DNA from: Desulfobacula sp.
GTDB lineage: Bacteria > Desulfobacterota > Desulfobacteria > Desulfobacterales > Desulfobacteraceae
DNA: 24,000 nt
NCBI RefSeq assembly: GCF_030145145.1
Contig: NZ_JAQYWD010000004.1
Span: 116,622-140,621 of the forward strand
Direction of reading: 5' to 3'
In this document: positions 1 through 8,116 of the stretch, piece after piece
Position numbering within the stretch: the stretch's first letter is position 1
Layout of the letters: each line of letters begins with the position of its first letter
Program-made: the position numbers and the translations under genes
The notes under the pieces: model-generated
Databases searched by the model: none
The model's input: only the letters and a program-made list of their open reading frames with translations
What the model was told of the DNA's origin: nothing

Positions 1-586
1 TAATCATGGTTTGAATATTTTTTTGACTGTCCCGGATATCATTTAGCAGTGGTAAAACAGCCTCTGCATACCCATCCGACTCTTCCAGCGCCTTTTTCAA
101 ATGCAGGGAGGACACGGCAATTGAGGCATTAAACCCCTCTATGAGTGCCAGCTTGTCACCCAGTATATAATTAAAGGCATTTATCTTTTGGGCCAGTTCT
201 TTGCCTTCATCCTTTTTTCGCAACCGGATGGGATGAGAGATATCGCCTTCGATCATTTCATCAACGGTTTTTTCAAACCGGTAAAACGGACCTGCCACCC
301 GGTGGGTTAGAAATAAGGTAATGAGGAGTACACCGCCCCCCCCGAAAACGATCAACAGCCACTGGGTGCTGAGGATCTTTTTAAACAGTATTCCCGGGGT
401 TAACCCAATCTGCAGATGATAATCATCAAACACAATCGAGAGTGTATTTAAAGAAAAAAAACTGAATACCGCCACAAACAGGAGGCTTCCCATTACAGTC
501 AGCAGGAAATAATTAAACAGATACCGCCCTTGAAATTCTTTGTTGATAAAATAATTGCGTCGCTTATACTGGAGCCGGTTCGTCAT
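1..586 (-). CDS. HAMP-domain-like two-TM membrane signalling protein, C-terminus runs off the left edge
   Basis: Manual reverse-strand translation from ATG at 586: MTNRLQYKRRNYFINKEFQGRYLFNYFLLTVMGSLLFVAVFSFF...LLIVFGGGGVLLITLFLTHRVAGPFYRFEKTVDEMIEGDISHPIRLRKKDEGKELAQKINAF; two hydrophobic segments then a HAMP-like pattern; no stop before coordinate 1. Missing from ORF track because partial. Confidence 0.75.
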   Translation of the reverse strand, partial: MTNRLQYKRRNYFINKEFQGRYLFNYFLLTVMGSLLFVAVFSFFSLNTLSIVFDDYHLQIGLTPGILFKKILSTQWLLIVFGGGGVLLITLFLTHRVAGPFYRFEKTVDEMIEGDISHPIRLRKKDEGKELAQKINAFNYILGDKLALIEGFNASIAVSSLHLKKALEESDGYAEAVLPLLNDIRDSQKNIQTMI

Positions 587-1314
587 TTTTTCCTCCATAT
601 GTCTGCTGATGCCTTTATGGCACGGGTCCATTCATCCAACCGCTGTTCTTTTTTTTTATCCTGGATAAAGAGCGACACGCGTTTCATATCCACCGCCTGA
701 ACCGAATCCCCCGGCTGTTTTTTTTGGATATCATCCAGCCGGTAAACAGACACGCCATAGGCATCCGCCCGGGGATTTGAAGATTCCCCGGGGCTAAGGG
801 GCAATACGATAAATTTCAAATCATCAGACAAGTCGATAAAATCAGCATTAATTTTTTCAACGGTTTCATTGGTTTTTGCCTGTGCATCTTTCATGCTGGG
901 ATACACCTGCTTGGTCAATGACAGTGTTTGCTGACACAATCTCTCGTAGGCTGCCAGTTCGTCCGGGGTGACCGCCACCACCAGGGATGACAATTTCCGG
1001 TCCAGGAGAATTTTAATCAACGACTGTTCATAGAAATTTTCAACCGATTGCCGAAAACTTTCTTCTGTATTAATTTTCATGCGGATGGCTTCCTGGATCA
1101 GCAATTGCCGGTCAATGACCGATTCGATAAATTGTGCCCGGCTCATGTAGGACGGTTTTCTTTTCAGCATGGTTTCAAATTCATCTTCAGAAATAATCCG
1201 GTCGTTTATGGATAACACCGGTGATGACATTTCAACACGGGTATCCACCAGTCCATAGACGGCCAGGCCGGAACACACCATCATGATCACAATAATGTAG
1301 TAAATATACTTCAT
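583..1314 (-). CDS. Membrane-anchored/secreted SurA N-terminal-like (peptidyl-prolyl isomerase family, no clear catalytic domain) protein
   Basis: ORF 243 aa with N-terminal hydrophobic segment and SurA_N-like pattern (VLSINDRIISEDEFETML...FIESVIDRQLLIQEAIRMKI). TGA stop overlaps the downstream ATG (ATGA). Confidence 0.6.
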   Translation of the reverse strand: MKYIYYIIVIMMVCSGLAVYGLVDTRVEMSSPVLSINDRIISEDEFETMLKRKPSYMSRAQFIESVIDRQLLIQEAIRMKINTEESFRQSVENFYEQSLIKILLDRKLSSLVVAVTPDELAAYERLCQQTLSLTKQVYPSMKDAQAKTNETVEKINADFIDLSDDLKFIVLPLSPGESSNPRADAYGVSVYRLDDIQKKQPGDSVQAVDMKRVSLFIQDKKKEQRLDEWTRAIKASADIWRKK

Positions 1315-1374
1315 CCTTGTTTTGTCCTTTACCTCAACTTATTGAAGACCGAACGTTGAGTCCTTTAATTAAAA

Positions 1375-1830
1375 TTAATCGTCAACAATCAGTCGGCCGG
1401 TATTTCTCTCCACCTGAATGCAGCGGTCATCATAGAGCCTTTGCATACCATAGTCTTTAATATTCGTTATTTCAAGATCCGGCAGGCCATTGTCCCGCAG
1501 CCATTTTCGAATAATCGGCACCTGATCGGGATCCTCTACCCGGGCCGTGAAAATTTTAACCCGTATGCCGTTGTTGATCATTTTTTTAACCAGTGCCAGC
1601 ATGGCGGGAACCGGTTCGCCCACCTTGCCATATGCGGCTGTCCGGCTATAATGGGCCAGGGTTCCGTCAAGGTCCACGCCGGTCCAGATCCTGGGGCGTT
1701 CCCGGGTTGATGTGTCAAACGCGTCAGGCGTATCCGCCCTTGCCGGACCAGGGGACCCAATGGCATATTCCCTGGACACCTGCTCTTTTGCTTTTTTAAA
1801 ATATTTTTTTATTGAATTTAGCATGGTCAT
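1375..1830 (-). CDS. HAD-superfamily hydrolase-like protein
   Basis: 151 aa ORF with motif WTGVDLDGTLAHY (HAD motif I DxDGT), VKIFTAR (motif II-like) and a D-D region (YDDRCIQV). Confidence 0.65.
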   Translation of the reverse strand: MTMLNSIKKYFKKAKEQVSREYAIGSPGPARADTPDAFDTSTRERPRIWTGVDLDGTLAHYSRTAAYGKVGEPVPAMLALVKKMINNGIRVKIFTARVEDPDQVPIIRKWLRDNGLPDLEITNIKDYGMQRLYDDRCIQVERNTGRLIVDD

Positions 1831-1877
1831 TTATATAATATAAAATTTGTTGAAAACAAATAAAAAGGGAGTTTCTG

Positions 1878-2798
1878 TTGAAAAAAGTCATATGTCTGAT
1901 GATACTGCTCGTATCTTTATCTGCCCCCGGGTTCGCCGACACCCAGAAAGACCTGTTTGAAACTGGGGTTCGCCTGTTCAAACAAGGGCACTACCAGAAA
2001 GCGGTGGAGAGGTTTTCACAGTTGATCCAACTGGCTCCCGACCATGCAGATGCCTACAAAAACCGGGGGGTATCCTACATGAAACTGGAAAAATTTGATC
2101 TTGCGATCCAGGATTTTGAAACCGCAAAAACATTGTTTCCAGAACTGAAAGGACTCTATAGTAACCTTGGCGTGGCCTGGTATTACAAGAAAGACTATGA
2201 AAAAGCCATAGAAAGCTATGATACTGAAATCCAGATGGATTCAGAAAACCATGTGGCCTATTTTAACCGGGCCCTGTGCCTTGCTGAACTGGGCAGAAAC
2301 ACGGATGCCCTTGATGACCTGTCCAGAACACTGGCCCTTAAACCTGAATTTTACTGGGCCCTCTGCTATAAGGCGGATCTGCTTGCCCTGTCCGGGCAGG
2401 ATATCCAGGCCATCAAAGCCTATGAAGCCGCCATCCGCCAGGACCCGGAAGACACGTATGCCCGGGAAAAACGGGTGCAGCTCAAGCAAAAAATGGGCAC
2501 CAAAGAATCGCCTGACCTGCCCAAGCCCCCTTTGGGAAACCCAAAAGAGGATCCGCTTCAATATACCCTTCAGGCCGGCGCATTTCTCAATCCAACCAAT
2601 GCCGACAAAATGAACACCAGATTACGGGATAACGGTTTTGATGCAAGGATACTGACACTCAAAGGGGCCAAAAACAAAACCTGGTACCTGGTCAGGTCAG
2701 GCCATTATGCAACAAAGGATGCCGCTCATAAGGCCGCTGAAATGCTAATGCAGACCCTTGCCGTAACATCGGTGGTCCGCACCAGGGACTCCTGGTAA
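1878..2798 (+). CDS. TPR-repeat protein with C-terminal SPOR domain, signal peptide
   Basis: 306 aa ORF, TTG start at 1878 after GGGAG; signal peptide; TPR pattern (ADAYKNRGVSYMKLEKFDLAIQDFE, GLYSNLGVAWYYKKDYEKAIESYD); C-terminal YTLQAGAFLNPTNADKMNTRLRDNGFDARI...WYLVRSGHYATKDAAHKAA resembles SPOR. Confidence 0.8.
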   Translation: MKKVICLMILLVSLSAPGFADTQKDLFETGVRLFKQGHYQKAVERFSQLIQLAPDHADAYKNRGVSYMKLEKFDLAIQDFETAKTLFPELKGLYSNLGVAWYYKKDYEKAIESYDTEIQMDSENHVAYFNRALCLAELGRNTDALDDLSRTLALKPEFYWALCYKADLLALSGQDIQAIKAYEAAIRQDPEDTYAREKRVQLKQKMGTKESPDLPKPPLGNPKEDPLQYTLQAGAFLNPTNADKMNTRLRDNGFDARILTLKGAKNKTWYLVRSGHYATKDAAHKAAEMLMQTLAVTSVVRTRDSW

Positions 2799-2816
2799 AA
2801 GACGCTGACAGTGGAA

Positions 2817-3887
2817 TCAGACTGAAAACCGGATGTTCAAGATATCGCCATCTTCAACTGTATAGTCTTTGCCTTCCACATAAATTCTGCCCGCCTTCTT
2901 GAGTTCAGCCTCACTGCCGGCTTCCATGAGGTCATCATATTTAAAGACCTCTGCCCGGATAAAGCCCCTTTCAAGATCGGAATGGATGACCCCGGCGGCC
3001 CTGGGGGCTCTTGCGCCCTTCCTGACCAGCCACTGGCGGACTTCATCTTTTCCCACGGTAAAAAAAGAAATCAGGTTCAACGATTTTAAACACAGCTTTG
3101 TCAGACTCTCAAGGGCTGTCTGGGTGATGCCAAGGTCCTGGAGGAACTCCTCTTTTTCTTCCTGGGTATCCAGCAGGGCAATCTCGGCCTCAACCTTTGC
3201 AGACACCAGCATGACTTCAATCTCCTGGGTTTCACAGCGAAGTTGAAACTGTGACAGCAACGGGCCACTTTCCAGGTCCTCTTCAGATACATTAACGGCG
3301 ATGACCAGTTTTTTCCGGGTAATAAACGGATAACTCCGGATCATCTTTTCTTCATCATCTGTTAATTCAATCCGTCTTAACGGGGTTTCCGATTCAAGGA
3401 ACTCTTTCAGGCGGCCCATCAGAACCAGCTCTTTTTGCTGATCCTCATCTTTTATTTTTTTGACCATTGCCTCCAGACGGTCGATGCGTTTTTCAACAAA
3501 TATCTGATCATGCATGATCAGTTCTGAATTGACCATTTCAAAATCTCTTATGGCATCCACAGAGCCTTCCGCATGGTAAATGGCATCATCTTCAAAGGCC
3601 CGGACCACATGGCAGATGGCATCCATGTCCGCGATATCCTTGAAAATGGATCCCTTGGCAATGGTTTCCGCTTCCATTTTCGGCAGCAATACAAGATCAA
3701 TTCTGGCCCTGACATTTTTTTTAGGGTCGTACATCTCCACCAGCCGATTAAATCTTGAATCAAGAATATCTGCAGCGCCGGGAACAGGCTTAGCTGCTTT
3801 GGACGGTTCTTTGATTTCATTTCCCGTTAAAATCTGAAACAATGTTTTTTTGCCTGTCTGGGGCAGGCCGATAATTCCAACCTTCAT
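2817..3887 (-). CDS. YchF-like GTP/ATP-binding protein (TGS/DUF933-type C-terminus)
   Basis: 356 aa; N-terminal MKVGIIGLPQTGKKTLFQILTG, YchF-like NxxE motif (VNVSE), C-terminal GVIHSDLERGFIRAEVFKYDDLMEAGSEAELKKAGRIYVEGKDYTVEDGDILNIRF. Confidence 0.85.
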   Translation of the reverse strand: MKVGIIGLPQTGKKTLFQILTGNEIKEPSKAAKPVPGAADILDSRFNRLVEMYDPKKNVRARIDLVLLPKMEAETIAKGSIFKDIADMDAICHVVRAFEDDAIYHAEGSVDAIRDFEMVNSELIMHDQIFVEKRIDRLEAMVKKIKDEDQQKELVLMGRLKEFLESETPLRRIELTDDEEKMIRSYPFITRKKLVIAVNVSEEDLESGPLLSQFQLRCETQEIEVMLVSAKVEAEIALLDTQEEKEEFLQDLGITQTALESLTKLCLKSLNLISFFTVGKDEVRQWLVRKGARAPRAAGVIHSDLERGFIRAEVFKYDDLMEAGSEAELKKAGRIYVEGKDYTVEDGDILNIRFSV

Positions 3888-3903
3888 GGGGTATGCGGTA
3901 TCC

Positions 3904-4218
3904 TTAAATTAAGTTAATTTTTTGTTTTTCCACCACTTGATTTTGCCGGTATAAAATCGCCACATGCCCTATCATGCCGGCGACATGGGATTTGGTAGCT
4001 TTGGCAACCGCCTGGATCAAGGCATTTTTTTGATCTTTTTCTTTAAAATCATTAAATTTCACTTTGATCAGTTCCGTGGCTTCAAGCGCTGTATCAACTT
4101 CTTCAATCAGCGCTTGGGTAACCCCCTTCTGACCGATAAATACAGCAGGGTTCAAATTATGGGCAAGCCCCCTTAAGTATTTCCGTTGTGATCCTTTTAA
4201 GTCTTTCAAGTCATGCAT
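3904..4218 (-). CDS. yhbY: Ribosome assembly RNA-binding protein YhbY (CRS1/YhbY domain)
   Basis: 104 aa; LKGSQRKYLRGLAHNLNPAVFIGQKGVTQALIEEVDTALEATELIKVKF...GHVAGMIGHVAILYRQ is typical of YhbY. Confidence 0.9.
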   Translation of the reverse strand: MHDLKDLKGSQRKYLRGLAHNLNPAVFIGQKGVTQALIEEVDTALEATELIKVKFNDFKEKDQKNALIQAVAKATKSHVAGMIGHVAILYRQNQVVEKQKINLI

Positions 4219-4426
4219 CCTTTAAAATATGGGTTAAGATAGATATCATATCATATAAAAAATAAGTTTTACAGTATAGTTGACCGCTCAATTTAAAAAT
4301 TAATTTGCCTTGCACCCCAATATATTGTAAACTAACTGCTTATTTAAAGTTACTGGAGTAAGGCACTATTTTCCAGTACTTTTATCGTTAACTCATGTTC
4401 ATTTTAAATTTAAAAAGACGTCTCAT

Positions 4427-6403
4427 ATGGATGTAAAACCAACTTATGAAGCATTGGAACAAAGGGTTCAAGAATTAGAGAAGTCTGAGAATAAACTGCG
4501 GGAAAGCGAAGAACGGTTTCGCGTGGCATTCCATACAAGTCCTGATGCAATCAATCTCAACAGGATTTCTGATGGAATGTATATCGATATCAATGAGGGG
4601 TTCAGCAGACTCACGGGGTATACCCGGGATGATATTTTTGGAAAAACCTCCCTTTCCCTGGACATCTGGGAAAACCCTGAAGACAGAAAACGACTGGTCG
4701 ATGGTTTGTCGCGGACAGGCCATGTGGAAAACCTGGAGGCCCGGTTTGTCCGAAAAGACAGAACTGTCGGCGTGGGCTTGATGTCCGCCCGGACCTTGCA
4801 AATCAATAATGAAATGGTCATTTTATCCGTAACCCGGGACATTACTACACTCAAAAAATCCGAGGTGGCATTGCGGAAGAGTGAAGAAAAATTCCGCCAA
4901 ATTTATAATAATATTCTGGATGTCTATTATGAAGCAAGCCTGGATGGGATTCTTTTAGAAATCAGCCCTTCAATTGAAAAAGTTTCTCAGTATAAGCGGG
5001 AAGAGCTTATCGGTAAATCACTCTATGAGATTTATACCCATCCTGGCGATCGGGATACCCTTATTGAGATAATTTTAGACAAGGAAATTGTCAAAGACTA
5101 TGAACTGAACCTTACAGATAAAAACAACACCCAACATATCTGTTCCATAAATATCGAACTGGTCAAAGACACAGCAGGTCGCCCGTTAAAGATAGTTGGT
5201 ATTTTTCGTGATATTTCAGATCGAAAAAAAATGGAAGATGAAAAAATTAACGCGCAAAAAATTGCAAATGAACATGAAAAACTGGCATTGGTGGGACAGG
5301 TCGCAGGAAAAATGGCCCATGATTTTAATAATGTCCTGGGGATTATCATGGGGAACGCCGAGCTCTCTCTTTTGGATTGCAAGGATGCTGAAACAAAACA
5401 GACCCTCGAATTGATATACCAGCAAACCATACGCGGTAAAAATTTAATAAAAAACCTGGTGGCATTTGCCAAAGACCAGGAACCCAAGCAGGAATTTTTT
5501 AAAATAAATGAAAAAATTGATCTTGTCATAAACCTGCTGAGAAAAGATTTGGACGGCATTGAGCTGATAACGGAAACCAAACCCGGAATACCGGATTTAC
5601 TAGCAGATCCCGGAATGATCGAACATGCCCTTGTAAACCTGATTCAAAACGCCATTCATGCCACCAGTAAGGCGGATGATCCGATGATCACCCTGCGATC
5701 GTATTGCCTTGACAATACGATCTGTTTTGAAATTCAGGACAATGGATGCGGCATCCCCAAAGAGCATTTAACCCATATTTTTGATCCCTCTTTTACCCTG
5801 AAGGGCAACAAGGACGTGACAGGTTCATATGCTCGGGGTATTAACGGCACCGGGTATGGGATGTCCAATGTTAAAAAATATATCGAACTGCACAAGGGTG
5901 ATCTTTCATTTGAATCCAAACCGGGCTCAGGAACAACCTTTACCATCTGTCTGCCGATTATTCGAAAACGATTAACCCGGCAGGAAAAAACAGATCTCCG
6001 GAAAGACATCACCTGTTCTGGAAAATATATTCTACTGGTTGAAGATGAAACCGCTATCTCAGATGTACAATACACGGTATTAACCCAGGATCCCTGCAGC
6101 CATAAAGTGGATATTGCCAATAACGGAACCGTTGCCATGGATTTGTTCAATCGAAATAAATATGATTTGATCAGTTTAGATCATGTTCTGCCAGGAAAAA
6201 CAAGTGGGATGGACGTGTATAAGCATATTCGACGAACCAACCAAACCCTTCCCATACTGTTTATTTCGGGCAATATCGAATTCCTGGAGTCGATAAAGGG
6301 TCTCAAACAAAAGGATGTCAATATTGCGCATCAATCAAAACCCTGTCAAAATAAAGAATATGTAAACAGCATCAACAACCTGCTCAAAAGGAGGCTGAAA
6401 TGA
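4427..6403 (+). CDS. Hybrid sensor histidine kinase, PAS-PAS-HisKA-HATPase-REC
   Basis: 658 aa; two PAS regions, H-box GQVAGKMAHDFNNVLGIIMGNAEL, HATPase N/G boxes (LVNLIQNAIHATS, IQDNGCGIPKEH, GTGYGMSNVKKYI), C-terminal receiver (ILLVEDETAISD, DLISLDHVLPG). Confidence 0.9.
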   Translation: MDVKPTYEALEQRVQELEKSENKLRESEERFRVAFHTSPDAINLNRISDGMYIDINEGFSRLTGYTRDDIFGKTSLSLDIWENPEDRKRLVDGLSRTGHVENLEARFVRKDRTVGVGLMSARTLQINNEMVILSVTRDITTLKKSEVALRKSEEKFRQIYNNILDVYYEASLDGILLEISPSIEKVSQYKREELIGKSLYEIYTHPGDRDTLIEIILDKEIVKDYELNLTDKNNTQHICSINIELVKDTAGRPLKIVGIFRDISDRKKMEDEKINAQKIANEHEKLALVGQVAGKMAHDFNNVLGIIMGNAELSLLDCKDAETKQTLELIYQQTIRGKNLIKNLVAFAKDQEPKQEFFKINEKIDLVINLLRKDLDGIELITETKPGIPDLLADPGMIEHALVNLIQNAIHATSKADDPMITLRSYCLDNTICFEIQDNGCGIPKEHLTHIFDPSFTLKGNKDVTGSYARGINGTGYGMSNVKKYIELHKGDLSFESKPGSGTTFTICLPIIRKRLTRQEKTDLRKDITCSGKYILLVEDETAISDVQYTVLTQDPCSHKVDIANNGTVAMDLFNRNKYDLISLDHVLPGKTSGMDVYKHIRRTNQTLPILFISGNIEFLESIKGLKQKDVNIAHQSKPCQNKEYVNSINNLLKRRLK

Positions 6404-6615
6404 CAACACAAAAGATAACGTTGACAATTGACGGCATGAGTTGCGGCCATTGCTCGACAATGGTCCAGAGAACCCTTGACGCAATTGAGGGTATTTCCAA
6501 TGTATCGGTGGATCTTGACGGGAAACAGGCCCGGTTTGATACGGATACGCCAGCACGCATTGAGACCGCTATTCAACAGATAAATGAAGCCGGTTATACG
6601 GCATCACGGCCGTAG
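6400..6615 (+). CDS. Heavy-metal-associated (HMA) domain protein, CopZ/MerP-like
   Basis: 71 aa; ITLTIDGMSCGHCSTMVQRTLDAIEGISNVSVDLDGKQARF with canonical GMxCxHC. ATG overlaps stop of the upstream kinase (ATGA). Confidence 0.9.
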   Translation: MTTQKITLTIDGMSCGHCSTMVQRTLDAIEGISNVSVDLDGKQARFDTDTPARIETAIQQINEAGYTASRP

Positions 6616-6619
6616 TCCA

Positions 6620-7786
6620 ATGGCTTCTCCGGTTCAACCCAGACAGACCCTCTCAACCCCGGGCGTTACAATCCTGTCGGGTATGGATGGGCAAATTCCC
6701 GCCGGTCTGCCCGTGAGTGCCGCCCCCCTGGCAGCACATGAAAAACCGGGCTATAGGATGTGTTCATATGTAAAAACATTCATCAAAACCGATGCAGGGC
6801 ATATTCCCATCATCACCTCCCTGCTGGGAAAAGCAGACCTTTTTTCAACTTTTTATGTCAGATGCGGCATCAACCGACATCAATATACAGTGGCTCCCGG
6901 ACTTTACGGCATTGGAGAGCCGGATAAAACTTCTGACGTACTGGTGACAGCAAATTTTAAATTGACCTTTGATCACCTGAGAAAGGCACTTGCACACGTG
7001 AATGCATGGATCCTTGTCCTGGATACAAACGGCGTCAATGTCTGGTGTGCGGCAGGCAAGGGAACCTTTTCCACCCGGGAACTGGTGACAAGGATTAAAA
7101 CCACGTCCCTTGATAAAATTGTGGATCACAAAAGGGTCATCGTTCCCCAACTGGGTGCCACGGGTGTGTCTGCAAAGGATGTGAAAACTCAGTCCGGGTT
7201 CAGGGTGGTATATGGTCCCATCCGGGCCAATGATATTCCGGTTTTTTTACAGAACCATAGAATCGCGGACAAACAGATGCGACAGATCACCTTCAGCCTG
7301 TATGAACGGTTTATTCTCACCCCCGTGGAAATTCAGATGGCGCTGAAACCATCTTTGATCGCCATCATTGCCCTGTTCATCCTTTCAGGTTTTGGCCCGG
7401 GTATATTTTCTTTTTCCGGGGCCTGGGAAAGAGGGGTCCTGGCGGTTTATGCCCTGGTGGCCGGCATCATTTCCGGGGCCATTGCTACCCCGGTACTCCT
7501 GCCCTTTATTCCCTCCAGGGCCTTTGCCCTCAAGGGGATCATTGTTGGAAGTATCTTTGCCGTACTTGTTTTGCTGCCAATGGCAAATACCATTAACGGC
7601 ATCGCCGGAGGCCTGGCACTTTTTTTATTCAGTGTGACCATCAGCTCGTATCTGGCCATGAACTTTACCGGGGCAACACCGTTCACCTCACCTTCCGGGG
7701 TTGAACACGAGATGAAACAGTACATCCCGGTGCAGTTGGCGTGCCTTGCGATATCAACCGGGCTGTGGATATATGCTGCCTTTTAA
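6620..7786 (+). CDS. hgcA: Corrinoid mercury-methylation protein HgcA
   Basis: 388 aa from ATG 6620 (ORF track extends to 6584, overlapping the HMA gene). Contains signature cap-helix motif NVWCAAGKGTF (codons at 7037-7069) and a C-terminal multi-TM domain (SLIAIIALFILSGF...VLAVYALVAGIISGAI...GIIVGSIFAVLVLLP...ISSYLAMNFTGATPFTSPSGVEHEMK). Confidence 0.95.
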   Translation: MASPVQPRQTLSTPGVTILSGMDGQIPAGLPVSAAPLAAHEKPGYRMCSYVKTFIKTDAGHIPIITSLLGKADLFSTFYVRCGINRHQYTVAPGLYGIGEPDKTSDVLVTANFKLTFDHLRKALAHVNAWILVLDTNGVNVWCAAGKGTFSTRELVTRIKTTSLDKIVDHKRVIVPQLGATGVSAKDVKTQSGFRVVYGPIRANDIPVFLQNHRIADKQMRQITFSLYERFILTPVEIQMALKPSLIAIIALFILSGFGPGIFSFSGAWERGVLAVYALVAGIISGAIATPVLLPFIPSRAFALKGIIVGSIFAVLVLLPMANTINGIAGGLALFLFSVTISSYLAMNFTGATPFTSPSGVEHEMKQYIPVQLACLAISTGLWIYAAF

Positions 7787-7809
7787 ACCGAACGTTAAAG
7801 GAGTCAACC

Positions 7810-8100
7810 ATGAAAGACATCAGATATCTGGATGACATATCAAGCCTGGTGCTGACAGATGAAAAATGCGTCGGGTGCGGCCTGTGTATCGAAGTCTGCC
7901 CCCACGGCGTGTTTGAAATGCAACACAACAAAGCCCGTATTGTTGATTTCAATGCCTGCATGGAATGTGGTGCCTGTGTGAACAATTGTCCTTCAGGCGC
8001 CCTCTCCGTCAGTCCCGGGGTGGGCTGAGCCGCCTATATTATCCAGGTCTGGATAAAAGGCAAAGAAAACGCATCCTGTGGCACGGGCGGGTGCTGCTGA
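7810..8100 (+). CDS. hgcB: Mercury-methylation ferredoxin HgcB, predicted selenoprotein with Sec at codon 73 (in-frame TGA 8026-8028), 96 aa
   Basis: SD-like AAAGGAG upstream; MKDIRYLDDISSLVLTDEKCVGCGLCIEVCPHGVFEMQHNKARIVDFNACMECGACVNNCPSGALSVSPGVG-[TGA]-AAYIIQVWIKGKENASCGTGGCC*. Two 4Fe-4S motifs including ECGAC; the TGA falls at the conserved PGVG-C-A cysteine; the frame continues to the canonical terminal CC. Confidence 0.9.
8026..8061 (+). promoter_or_regulatory. Predicted bacterial SECIS element within hgcB (Sec codon TGA 8026-8028 plus stem-loop 8032-8061)
   Basis: Upper stem TTATCCA (8039-8045) / TGGATAA (8050-8056), loop GGTC; equivalently CC-AGGTCT-GG. Lower stem GCCT (8032-8035)/AGGC (8058-8061) with ATA/A internal loop. 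16 nt between TGA and AGGTCT. Confidence 0.85.
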
Positions 8101-8116
8101 CCCCATAAGAATGCTT

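Noticed and set aside
4305-4333. Possible sigma70-like promoter TTGCCT-N17-TAAACT upstream of the kinase/hgc cluster
   Set aside because: Weak match in AT-rich intergenic DNA; not supportable without transcription data.
7741-7809. N-terminal extension of the hgcB ORF in the supplied track (MPCDINRAVDICCLLNRTLKEST...)
   Set aside because: It overlaps the hgcA 3' end; the ATG at 7810 has an AAAGGAG Shine-Dalgarno and yields a protein start that matches HgcB family starts (MKDIRYL).
8026-8028. TGA read as a true stop giving a truncated 72-aa HgcB or a pseudogene
   Set aside because: The downstream frame stays open for 23 codons with family-typical residues and a terminal Cys-Cys, the TGA falls exactly on the conserved Cys, and a SECIS-like hairpin with AGGTCT follows at the right distance. 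Sequencing error or a fresh mutation remains formally possible until reads are checked.
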